Shown here: positions 25,389 through 38,382 of the stretch, in pieces
Layout: each line of letters opens with the position of its first letter
Numbering within the stretch: position 1 is the stretch's first letter
Origin: Eledone cirrhosa
Taxonomy: Eukaryota
DNA: 64,000 nucleotides
Direction of reading: 5' to 3'
Assembly: GCA_964016885.1 (NCBI GenBank)
Contig: OZ024741.1
Span: forward strand, 197,780,001-197,844,000
Translations under genes and position numbers: made by a program
The notes under the pieces: model-generated
The model's database searches: none
The model's input: the letters and a program-made list of their open reading frames with translations, nothing else
Told to the model about the DNA's origin: nothing

Positions 25389-27062
25389 ACAATATAAACA
25401 GTTTTATAGATAAATAGATTTGACATACCGTACAACATCGACTTGTATTTGAAAAGTTGAATTGGCAGTGAAAAAATTGTACACAGAGAGAAAGAAAGAG
25501 AGAAAAAGGAAAGAAAGACAGAAAACGAAGAAAAAGAAGAAAAAGAAGAAATGCATGTAACAAAATAGAGAGATGGAAAGATAGATAAAGAGAAGAACTT
25601 CATGTAAAGAAACAGAGAGAGATATATATAGAGAGAGAGAGGAAATAGAGATAGATATATATATATAGAAAACTAGGTAGTGGGAACATCCGTTGAGTAA
25701 ACGTATCAATGATACATTTATTTATTTATTTATTTGTTTAGCTCTAGTATTAATGTAAGGGAGATATATGTGGTTAGGAGAGAAACCAGCTGTTATATAG
25801 AGAGAAAAATTAAAAATAACCAGACATAGGCAAGGCATAAAAACCCTATATTTAATGTAGAGGTATTAGTATGTATAAAAACCAGCCACTATATTGTAAA
25901 TATCAGTATTCCTGAATGAGACATGTATCCATAATGTGTGAAAAGTAATGATCTTATGTTTAGTTTTTTAAAAAAAATTCATATCTGTTTTTCGACTCTG
26001 ATGATTATAATGAACTTGGCAATATATTGTCAATTAATTTTGAAGGGTTGATCTTTGTGGTTTATTTTTATTATTTTAGTATTTTCTAATATTTTTATTT
26101 TTAATATGTAATATTTTTAATATGTAATATTCTTTCGTAATATTTTTTAGTTTTCTATTTTATTATTATTATTTTATTTTATTATTATTTATTATTATTA
26201 TTATTATTGTTATTTTTTGGTTTTGTTTCTGATATATATTTTTTTATTAATATATTGAAATCTGCTCTCTATTTCTGCTTGATAGATAATCTTGTAGAGT
26301 AAAGACAATAGTAGTAATATAGACTCTATATATATATGTGTGTATATATATACACATATATGTATACTTAAATTTTTATAGCACAATGAGAATGTTTTCC
26401 GTGAACTTAGGGTTTGCAGAGTTAATCATGTAAATTCACATAGATGTTTGTAGTTATCACATAAACATATGAATTTTTAAAAAAAAACTAAACATAAGAT
26501 CATTACTTTTCACACATTATGGATACATGTCTCATTCAGGAATACTGATATTTACAATATAGTGGCTGGTTTTTATACATACTAATACCTCTACATTAAA
26601 CATAGGGTTTTTATGCCTCGCCTATGTCTGGTTATTTTTAATTTGTCTCTCTATATAACAGCTGGTTTCTCTCCTAACCACATATATCTCCCTTACATTA
26701 ATACTAGAGCTAAACAAATAAATAAATAAATAAATGTATCATTGATACGTTTACTCAACGGATGTTCCCACTACCTAGTTTTCTATATATATATATCTAT
26801 CTCTATTTCCTCTCTCTCTCTATATATATCTCTCTCTGTTTCTTTACATGAAGTTCTTCTCTTTATCTATCTTTCCATCTCTCTATTTTGTTACATGCAT
26901 TTCTTCTTTTTCTTCTTTTTCTTCGTTTTCTGTCTTTCTTTCCTTTTTCTCTCTTTCTTTCTCTCTGTGTACAATTTTTTCACTGCCAATTCAACTTTTC
27001 AAATACAAGTCGATGTTGTACGGTATGTCAAATCTATTTATCTATAAAACTGTTTATATTGT

Positions 27063-27126
27063 ATTTTGTCTGAGGAAGGCATAGCATATTGTTAATATGA
27101 TATCCCTGAAATATATATAATGAAAT
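27063..27126 (+). ncRNA. Type I hammerhead ribozyme (family D)
   Basis: ATTTTGT-CTGAGGA-AGG...CCT-GAAA-TATAT-ATA-ATGAAAT; intact core and palindromic minimal stem III. Confidence 0.85.
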
Positions 27127-27256
27127 AGATATGGTTTTATAAATATAGTTTCCATTTATTTAATATCGTAAATATACTCCAAATACTTGTCGAGTGCTTT
27201 TATATCAGTTATAAATATTTACTAGTTGTAACCCAACAATTTAAATATAACTTTCC

Positions 27257-27287
<31 letters not shown>

Positions 27288-27372
27288 TATATATATATAT
27301 ATATATATATGCATATATATATACATATATGTATATGCATATATATATATACATATATATATACATATATAT

Positions 27373-27428
<56 letters not shown>

Positions 27429-27430
27429 AT

Positions 27431-27529
<99 letters not shown>

Positions 27530-27650
27530 TAGTATATCTACTAACATATGCGTACAGATGTACGCCAATGCTAGCAAATACACAGGTTATATATATATAA
27601 TTAAGTCAAATATGTAAAATTTGGCTTCGTTTATTATAAATTATAGATAT

Positions 27651-27704
27651 ACTGCTATATAGATTTCGGTGACAGCCATCATGGCTGTGACCTCGTCAGG
27701 CAGT
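27651..27704 (-). ncRNA. Type I hammerhead ribozyme (family A)
   Basis: Minus strand: ACTGC-CTGACGA-GGTCACAGCCAT-G-ATGGCTGTCACC-GAAA-TCTAT-ATA-GCAGT; all core nucleotides intact. The host element spans ~27527-27830. Confidence 0.88.
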
Positions 27705-27832
27705 CCGAATTGGTGTAGAAAAGACTGGTACACATGTTGTTGAAGTGTGTTTTACTCCGTCAATACATCGACATGTCCAGCTCCTGATTGTCTTGTTATT
27801 CCTCTGAGTAAACAACCAACATATACTCAAAA

Positions 27833-27906
<74 letters not shown>

Positions 27907-27910
<4 letters not shown>

Positions 27911-28340
27911 AAAGAATAGAGGTGTAACACACAAGTTATTATATATTGGTAAACGGAATAGAAAATGCTGACAAATTGTTCACAGTTGAAAAATGGTTTA
28001 ATTAGGAATAAAAGAGTATTAGTGATTGTATGGGTTAGTATTCAGTTGTGGTTTTAAGTTTTTAAGTTTTTACCGGTTGCGCATTTCTAAATGCTTTTCA
28101 AAAATAATGTTGAGATAGAGTGTCCGTGCTGTTTGCTCTGATCTGAGCAAACAGCACGGACACTCTATCTCAAAATTATTTTTGAAAAGCATTTAGAAAT
28201 GCGCAACCGGTAAAAACTTAAAAACTTAAAACCACAACTGAATACTAACCCATACAATCACTAATACTCTTTTATTCCTAATTAAACCATTTTTCAACTG
28301 TGAACAATTTGTCAGCATTTTCTATTCCGTTTACCAATAT
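27907..28340. mobile_element. Near-perfect 400-bp palindrome (fold-back element, family F) with a U3:A8-type HHR-like motif
   Basis: Arms 27941-28138 / 28145-28340 with a 6-nt spacer; the left arm has a ~35-nt tail. Motif TTT-TTGAAAA-GCATTT-AG-AAATGC-GCAA-CCGG-TA-AAA at ~28178-28216. Confidence 0.7.
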
Positions 28341-28434
28341 ATATATATATATATATATACATACGTAATGTATACAAACATTTTTACATAAATACACACA
28401 TACTTACATACATACACACATACATACATACATC

Positions 28435-29760
<1,326 letters not shown>

Positions 29761-30199
29761 TTGATCCACCAGTTATCCAATTTCCTTTTCTAATTATCAT
29801 ACCGTTTTCTTGATATGATATTTTCCATGTAAAGTAAATCATTCTTGGCTGTAAATTAAACTTGTCGAGTAAGACTTTGAAATGCATAAATATCTAATGA
29901 CAACTAAACAATATAATATTTCTGTCAATAATTTCAGATATTTTACATTTTGTACTAGATAATAATATTGTTATGACTAGAACGAAATGAAAACATTGTT
30001 TCCTTCAATATCTGACAAGATTTATTTGTGTTGTTTTTCAGAGTTATTAATGTAAACTGAAATATTTCTTAATTAAAAATCTTAACGTTCCTTGCTTTCG
30101 CATTTATGTTTATAACATTTCGTTCTTGCTTAATTAATTTGCTTGAAAACTGGAAATTAGAAATTAATTAATATTTGTTGTTTTTATTACTATTTGCAC

Positions 30200-30400
30200 A
30201 GTAAATATTATGTTTACTGGATCTTCTATTGTCTGGCAAGACTTAACAAGAATCTTAGTGAGACAGCATTTTCTGACTATTTGTGCAGTGCCATACACAG
30301 TAGTCCTTTGTAGGATAGTCGTTTGTGTTTCGGCTCTATCTACTGAAGATACCCTTTCAGTTTTAATGACATTGATCCCAAAACTCCGATGATACAAGAA
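30200..30400 (-). mobile_element. Old Dong/R4-like 3' remnant
   Basis: Minus translation LQRTTVYGTAQIVRK resembles the Dong C-terminal LQK...LGTARxLR. Confidence 0.45.
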
Positions 30401-30689
30401 TTATATTGATGCTATTAGGTTGATTTAATCGACTTTCTCCTCCACTTCAAATTGCTGGCCTTGTGCCTAAATCAGAAACAATTATTATTATTACTAGCAG
30501 AATAACCGCTCGTAGGGCGGTTATTCTGCTAGCATATGTAGTGTGCATATTGGTATTATACGCAAATATATGTGCATATAGATATGATATGTAAATTGAA
30601 AAGTAAATTGAAAAGTAAATCTTCGCCCACTTATTTTCAGAGGGTCGTGGAGACAAAGTCCTTCTCAAACACTCCTTCCAGCGAGTCTG

Positions 30690-31245
30690 TCAAAAGCAAA
30701 CATCTCTAACTGATCCAGCTGGATCCCAAAGCGTGACCAGCCAAGCTCATGGATGTTATCCAACTATCTTGCTCAGGGTCTATCTCTGTTTCTCTTACCG
30801 GTTGGTTTTACCTGTAAAATCTGTCCAGTGATTCTTTCCTGAGACATTCTAACCCCCATGCCCATAGTATCATGATCTCTCAATCCGAAGAAGTAGTGGC
30901 CCTTCCTGGAGTGACTCTGATCTCCGAGCTATGCACTTTATCGAGTAACGTTACTCCAAAGACCTTTCTGAGGAACCCCATTTCGGCTGCTTGCATTTTC
31001 AATTGTATTCTTTCGGTCATTACCAAAGATTCATGACCCTCGGTAAGGGTTGGCAGGAATACCAAGAAGACAGCGAGTTTGGCTTTTACACCTACCTCCT
31101 TCCTTCTGATTACTGAATGATGAATCTGGTGCATTACTGTATCAGCTTTTGCAATTCTTGCACTTAATTTAACCTCCTTCCTTCCATCACTCATGAACAC
31201 GGCCCCGAGATACTTGAACTTTTTCGCCTGCTTCAGTAGAACTAT
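30690..31245 (-). mobile_element. RTE-clade LINE 3' fragment
   Basis: KFKYLG...SDG...ARIAKA...PTLTxGHESxVMTER...QAAEMGFLRK is typical of RTE (Rex3/Expander-like). Confidence 0.8.
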
Positions 31246-31469
31246 GTTCACATGTATATATATATATATTTGAGCAACTTCTGTCCATCCGTCCGTCACA
31301 CAATGAGTGTGTGTGTTTTTGTGTGAATGTATGTGTGTGTAAAAGGAAGGAAGGGGATACACACATATATATGTCTCTAACTTAAAAACGATGACACACT
31401 CATACACACACACACATCTCTGATTTAAGAACACCGACAAACTCACGCGCGCACACATACACACTGACC

Positions 31470-31900
31470 TATTGCCACTTAAGAGCTTTGGCCCGGGCAA
31501 ACATCATCTCAATTGTAGAACCGTCCGGGTTGTCCAGAATAGATGGGAAAAGACCTGACGGTCTTATCCTGTACCCCTGGTCAAGAGGCAGGTGCTTTAT
31601 CTGGGACGTCACAGTAAGTGACTCTTTTGCTTATTCCCACACCCTGGATGCAGCGGTAAGGGTGAGAGCTACAGCATCCGCAGCTGAACGGAACAAAATA
31701 CCATCGGATAACTACATTTTCTAGGCTGTGGCATTCAAGACGTTTGGGGGAATCGGGCTACTGACTGGCGGCTCGCCTAACCCAGGTAACTGCTGATGCT
31801 CGAGAGGGCGCTTGGTTGTTGCAGCGCATCAGCCTCGCCATCACCCGAGTATGCTGCGAGTATGCTGGCTTACCTAAAAAATTATTACAGAGGTTTCCTA
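31470..31900 (+). mobile_element. CRE-clade RLE LINE 3' fragment
   Basis: EPSGLSRIDGKRPDG...PWSRG..IWDVTV and LLQRISLAITR motifs. Confidence 0.75.
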
Positions 31901-32499
31901 CTGCTCCCCGCTATAATGTTATCTTTCGCTCTGGTAGCAGCTCGTTTGTCCACCCCTTTCGCCTGCCTTTTTTTGTATGTGGTCCTAAATATGTGTATTA
32001 CCTGCTTGTGTGTTTTTCTCTTTCTTTTTTCCCCTTCTCTTCCCTTTGTATATATTATATTTGTTTGTTTTCGTTCTGTAAGCATTATAATATTATATTT
32101 TTATACAACTGTGAATAAACCTGTAACAAAAATAAGTTTTAAAATAAGAGTTAAACTTTGTTGGTAAAAATAAATAAATAACAAGTTACCCTTCATTTTA
32201 CCCTAATTTAAGGCATGCTGTGTGTCACTGTGTATGACTGTATGTGCATGTGTCTGTCTGTGTAAATGTATGTATGTGTGTGTTTGTGTGAATGTATAAA
32301 TGTCTTTGTGTGAATGTATATATGTGTTTGTGTGTATTTGTGTGAACATATGTCCGTGAGTGTATATTTCTGTAAGTGTGTCGGTGTTTGCGCGATTATA
32401 GTTATATACTCATACATATAAATGTATGAGTATGCACATACGCACACACATGCACGTCAGCGTTTTGAAAAAATCTTAATCTCTTCATCTTTCTCTTTT

Positions 32500-32532
<33 letters not shown>

Positions 32533-32694
32533 GCCCGAAACGTCGTCCCCCACCTACACCCCACTCTCCTGAGTGTGAAATTAATAAACATTTATTGTAC
32601 TGCCTCTCTGTTTTGTCCCTGTTCAAATTTTTCCATTATATGTGTGTGTGTGTGTGTGTGCGTGTGTGCGTGCGTGCGTGCGTGCGTGCGTGTG

Positions 32695-32767
<73 letters not shown>

Positions 32768-33032
32768 GTGTGCGCGCGTGTGTGTGTGTGTGTGTGTGCG
32801 TGTGTGTGTGTGTGTGTGTGTCACATAGTCACTCTATCTATCTGTATCTGTCTCTTTCTCTCTATATATATCGTAGTTGAAGTAGTGGTGGTGCTGGCGA
32901 TATACCGGAATTGTTGAAGTTTGAAACTTTTAAAAAAAGAGAATCTTGAGATAAGCAATAAAATTATTTATATTTAATCAAGAGTTACGAAATTTAGTAC
33001 ATAAACTATGTAATATTCATTCATTATTTATG

Positions 33033-33325
33033 AGGTTGGATTGGCAGTATCGGTAGAGGGTCAGACGCCATGCTTTCCAGCATAGTTACGTCCCTTTACG
33101 ATCTGAGTTCAAATCCCGCCGAGGTTGACTTTGCCTTTCATCCTTACGGGGTCGATAAAATAAAGTACCAGTAATGCACTGGTTAATTGCTGGCCTTGTG
33201 CCTAAAGTAGAAACAATTATTTATGAGGTTAACTTTGCCTTTCATCCTTACGGGGTCGATAAAATAAAGTACCAGTAATGCACTGGGTAATTGCTGGCCT
33301 TGTGCCAAAAGTAGAAACAATTATT
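33033..33325 (+). mobile_element. OR/OK-like SINE with duplicated 3' half
   Basis: Full SINE at 33033-33222 followed by a repeat of its 3' ~100 nt. Confidence 0.85.
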
Positions 33326-34392
33326 TATTCAAGGTAATCCAACTTATTTTACTAACGGGATAAAAATATATAAACAGGACACAGTCCCGCACTCCTCCCT
33401 TTATTATATTATAGATTAGTTGCTTCACAGCATAGAGTTGCGGCCCTTTGCGTTCACATACCACCGAGGTTAGCTTTACCTTTCATCCTTACTAGGTCGA
33501 TAAAATAAAGCACCCGTATGTCACTATGACACCCCTGCGACTCCACCAAGGGTCATGGATCTATACATAAAACAGTGGCTGTATTATTTTGGCGACTGTC
33601 AGTTGAAAGCTATTTACAAGTTTAGTTCAATTATGCTTTTATAGGTAAAACATAAACTCCATAACATTTTTTCTGGCTTCTGCATTATAAATGTATGCTT
33701 CTGTAAAATACCTACTACTACTACTACGCGGTGCCGCTGTTAAAAAAGAAATGAATAATGGGGTCCGGGCTAAACTTTCCTTGAACATTTGACAGTACGG
33801 TCATGACTAGGAATGTACATTCAGAGATGAACTAGAGCTAAATAGCAACTCTTGCTGAGGCTGCTACTGTTGTTGTTGCTGCTGTTGCTGCAGCAGTTGT
33901 TGTTGTTGTTGTTGCTGTTGTTGATGTGGCCACTGCTGCAGCTGCTGAGGCTGAAAAGTGATATCCTAAGCCCAGCTAATATTTTCTGAAATGTGAGATA
34001 AGCAGATGTGACGTCACTGAAAAGCTTCAATTCTGCTTACAGGTATGAGGTGAGGAGCATATATATGCTTTGAGTTAAAAGTAGTTGATGCTTCGTTTTT
34101 ACCTGTCCCTATATCAGTGACTACCTGTCTTTCTTGTTATTTTCTATTTAAGATAGCTATTTATTTTCCTTTTATAAAATCGATATTATACATTTCTTTT
34201 AATGTTAGTGAATTTATTTTTTGTGAATATTTGTTTTGGTTTTCTTTTAACGCCTTCGGTTGTCAAACCATTCTATTACAAATTTTTACTGTTATATACA
34301 TGCTTTCATTTTATGCATATGTTCGTGCTATTGTTTCAATTATATTGTTTTACAGAATACTATAAATAATAATAATAATAATAATAATAATG

Positions 34393-35180
34393 ATTTCTTT
34401 ATTAACCACAAGGGTTTACATAAAGTAGACATTAAGGACAGTGCAGGACAATACAGGACGGTACAAATGGGCATTTCTGCGTGTAAAAAACAAAAAAAAC
34501 AGAGGGTGTAACAAAAAATAACAATGAAAAATTCCCCAATAGGGGGGAGACTTCCGAGGGACATTTGTGGAGAAAGCCCATTAAAAAGGCCACAGTGACC
34601 CTGACCACCAGGGCGAGTGCCCTCTCCCAGTTTTCCACCTTTAATTTACAGACACATACTCAGAGTAACAAAATGCTGGGAAGAGAGCACTTCCCTCTCT
34701 ACTCTGATTTTCCTTTTCAAATGAAATTTGAAAAAGTTAATCAGGGCATCACCGAAGAGGTAAGTGCTCGTCTTCAGCCCTTTCAAACGTGTCCACCATA
34801 CTATCTCTTTCGCCATGGCCACCAGACATATAAAAACTGCCTACCCTTCCCGGCTAAAGGAAGAGGGCGGGGCAATCCTCACGATGGACTCAGCTGATAG
34901 CTGGAACCGTCCTACACGTGACAGCAGGTGTTCGACATAAACCCACAAGTCAGTAATGCTCGGACACTGGACGAGTGCATGCAGGACGGTTTCGTCGCCC
35001 TGCGCACATCTCGGACATGACCGGCTGACGGCACCTCCATGCCTGTAGAGTTTATCCTGAACTGGCAAAGCTCCTCGGTAGCACTGCCAGGCCAGGGATT
35101 TCTGGAAGTTGTCCATAGGCCCCGGCCCGAAAGTCCTTCCGAAGAGATTGGCTAGTTGATTTTCGTCGACGCCTAGAGTT
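34393..35180 (-). mobile_element. Tx1-A 3' fragment
   Basis: Reverse complement of ~4960-5785; (AAT)n lies to its left. Confidence 0.9.
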
Positions 35181-35263
35181 GCCATTTGTACCGTCCTGTA
35201 TTGTCCTGTACTGTCCTTAATGTATACTTTATGTAAACCCTTGTAGTTAATAAAGAAAGCATT
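35181..35263 (+). mobile_element. Tx1-A extreme 3' end, head-to-head with the preceding copy
   Basis: Matches 5706-5788 (CCATTTGTACCGTCCTGTATTGTCC...AATAAAG). Confidence 0.85.
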
Positions 35264-35283
35264 AATTAATAATTATTAATAGT

Positions 35284-35337
<54 letters not shown>

Positions 35338-35339
<2 letters not shown>

Positions 35340-35838
35340 GTTCTTTGAGTCACAGTCATTGATGTTATTTAACTGGAAAGTTTGTTGAAATGAATATCAA
35401 GCCACTACCTGCAGCCTCAGATATTCAGGACGTATCGGAGGGTTCTTGCTGTTCCCAGCAAGCATGCCTTTTGAAGCGTTCCAAAAAGCGGGGCGGGACC
35501 AATTTTCTTTAACCATACTTGGAAACTCTTTGAGGTAGTACCTAGTTCGCCTATGACAATCGGGACCACTTTGACTTCATGGCAGTTCCAAATCCTTTTT
35601 ACCTCCCACTTTAAGTCCTGGTATCGGTTAATTTTCTCCCTCCCCTTCTCTTGCACTCTTGTGTCGAATGGGCAGGCTACATCCACAATCAGGCACGATC
35701 TTTTTCCCTTGTCCAAAATCACCAGGTCAGGTCTATTGTGTTCCAGTTTCTTGTCCGTCTGTATCCTAAAATCCCACAGCACCTTCACCTTATCGTTTTC
35801 CATCACCGACTCTTGCTTATGCTCATACCACTTCTCAG
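35338..35838 (-). mobile_element. Dong-A 3' fragment (RLE domain)
   Basis: VLWDFRIQTD..LEHNRPDLV..D.....LIVDVACP...K...Y; 3' end in (AAT)n. Confidence 0.9.
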
Positions 35839-36575
35839 TGCTACCGAGGAGCTTTGCCAGTTCGGGATAAACTCTACAGGCATGGAGGTGCCGTCAGCCG
35901 GGCATGTCCAAGATGCGCGCAGGGCGACGAAACCGTCCTGCACGCACTCGTCCAGTGTCCGAGCATTGCTGACTTGTGGGTTTATGTCGAACACCTGCTG
36001 TCACGTGTAGGACGGATCCAGCTATCAGCTGAGTCCATCGTGAGGATTTCCCCGCCCTCTTCCTTTAGCCGGGAAGGGAAGGCAGTTTTTATCTGTCTGG
36101 TGGCCATGGCGAAAGAGATAGTATGGTGGACACGTTTGAAAGGGCTGAAGACGAGCACTTACCTCTTCGGTGATGCCCTGATTAACTCTTTCAAATTTCA
36201 TTTGAAAAGCAAAATCAGGGTAGAGAGGGAAGTGCTCTCTTCCCAGCATTTTGTTGAAAGATGGGTGAGAGAATAAAGAATGGCCCGAGTGAATGGGCCT
36301 ACTCTGAGTATGTGTCTGTAAATTAAAGGTGGAAAACTGGGAGAGGGCACTTGCCTTGGTGGTCAGGGTCACTGTGGCCTTTTAATGGGCTTTCTCCACA
36401 AATGTCCCTCGGAAGTCTCCCCCTATTGGGGGAATTTTTCATTGTTATTTTTCCTTACATCTTCTGTTTTTGTTTTTTTTACACGCAGAAATGCCCATTT
36501 GTACCGTCCTGTATTGTCCTGTACTCTCCTTAATGTCTACTTTATGTAAACCCTTGTGGTTAATAAAGAAAACAT
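35836..36575 (+). mobile_element. Tx1-A 3' fragment
   Basis: Matches ~5050-5790; (ATT)n tail. Confidence 0.9.
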
Positions 36576-36599
36576 TATTATTATTATTATTATTGTTGT

Positions 36600-37611
36600 T
36601 ATTCCTTGAATCTCAGTCATTGATGTTGGTTAAATGGAAAGTCCGTTGGATTGAATATCAAGCCACTACCTGCAGCCTCAGATATTCAGGACGTATCGGA
36701 GGGTTCTTGCTGTTCCAAGCAAGCATGCCTTTTGAAGCGTTCCAAAAAGCGTGAAGGGGCCGATTTTCTTTAACCATCCCTGGAAACTTTTGGAGATAGT
36801 CCCCAGTGCGCCTATGACAATCGGGATCACTTTGACTTCATGGCAGTTCCAGATCCTTTTCACCTCCCACTTTAGGTCCTGGTATCGGTTAATTTTCTCC
36901 CTCTCCTTCTCTTGCACTCTCGTGTCGAACGGGCAGGCCACATCCACAATCAGACACGATCTTTTTTCTTTGTCCACAACCACCAGGTCAGGTCTATTGT
37001 GTTCCAGTTTTTTGTCCGTCTGTATCCTAAAATCCCACAGCACCTTCACCTGATTGTTCTCCATCACCGCCTCTGGCCTATGCTCATACCATTTCTCAGA
37101 ATGTGGTAAATTGTTTACTTTGCACAGGTGCCAGTGGATCACCCTGCCCATCACATCGTGTCTCCAGCCCTTATAGTGGGTCTGGGCTAGGTGTTTACAC
37201 TCGGACACAATGTGAGCCACAGTCTCCTCTCTCTCTCCACAGATCCTGCACAGTGGGCTAGCCTCCTCCTTGTAGATATGGTGCTTCAACCACTTCGTTT
37301 TGAGGGCCTGCTCCTGCGCAGCCATTAGCATTCCTTCTGTAGCCTTTTTGAGGTCTCCTCTTCTCAACCAGTTCCATGTCTGTGGATCTCTAAATTCAGT
37401 TTTCTCAAAGAAGGTACTATGAAGGGATTTTCCCTTAAGGCTGCTCTTCCTCCTTGATGTTATTTCCTCCTTGGACATCCCCTGGCCTACTGTGCCCTCC
37501 TTCAGTACAGTTCTGAGCATTGGCTCCTTACTATAGGTCACGTATTTGTATAGGTTGTTTTTCTCCATCTGAACACAGTCCTCTATGCTGATAAGACCTC
37601 TTCCACCCTCT
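36600..37611 (-). mobile_element. Dong-A 3' ~1 kb with open reading frame (CCHC + PD-(D/E)xK restriction-like endonuclease)
   Basis: ORF 36678-37610 is uninterrupted: GGRGL...AAQEQAL...CRICGEREETVAHIVSEC...RHD...RPDLV...DVACP. (ATT)n at both ends. Confidence 0.92.
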
Positions 37612-37789
37612 ATTATTATTATTATTATTACTGTTGCCAATAGTAGAAACAATTATTATTACTGTTACTATTATTATTACTTTTTTTTCCCCAATTCAAT
37701 GATGTTCCAAAACAATATAAAAGAGATAATTGGCAATAAGGGCACCAGGTTATCACAGCCCGGGCCCACTCGTCGTATAGAGACAAACT

Positions 37790-38382
37790 AGGCATTTGTG
37801 TTGGCTGTTGGAACATACGGACGCTGCTTGACAGGGATTCCTTGGAACGTCCTGAACGAAGGACCGCTCTTGTTGCAAAGGAGCTTCGACGTTACTCTTG
37901 TGCTTAAGCAAAGACTTCGTTGGAGTGGTCACCCTGCCAGGATGAAGTATTCTAGAATACCAAAACAACTCTTTTATGGAGAGTTAATTAAGGAAAACGA
38001 CCTCCAAAAAAGAGGTATGAGGATGCGTTGAAAGCCTCTTTGAAAGACGCTAACATCTCTGCTGATACATGGGAAAATGTTGCTGCTGATCGTAATAAAT
38101 GGAGAAAGACTGTATATGAGGGGAAAGTTGCCTTTGAGGCATCGGGAATCGCATACGAGAAAGTAAAGCGGGATGTGAGGAAGGGCATTGCTGTTGCATT
38201 TCCAACGGCGAAGGTCCCTTATGGCGCTGACATGCAGCGTCTGTGCGAGACTCTGCCTAAGCAAAGCTGGACTCGAAAGTCATCTTCGCAGTCATAAAGT
38301 GAGACCAGTGGTTGACTACCAGGTTGCAGTTGGAGATACTACTCATCATGCTTGCCGAGCATGTGGTAGAGAATGTAAATAA
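37790..38382 (+). mobile_element. RTE-clade LINE 3' fragment with C2H2 zinc finger(s)
   Basis: RLRWSGHxARM..SRIPKQLFYGEL...DALKASLK...WE.VAADR.KWR; CSVCARLCLSKAGLESHLRSH. Confidence 0.8.

Larger units (their letters stand above)
25282..27257. mobile_element. ~2-kb fold-back non-coding Penelope-like element, family D
   Basis: ~700-bp near-perfect inverted repeats (25282-25985 / 26466-27170), each with an HHR. The right arm has an ~85-nt tail that recurs at 59257-59345. (TA)n flanks. Confidence 0.8.

Noticed and set aside
25367-27084. Identical ORF pairs on opposite strands (also 50506/52563 and 53208/55074)
   Set aside because: A by-product of inverted repeats in low-complexity non-coding sequence; not duplicated genes.
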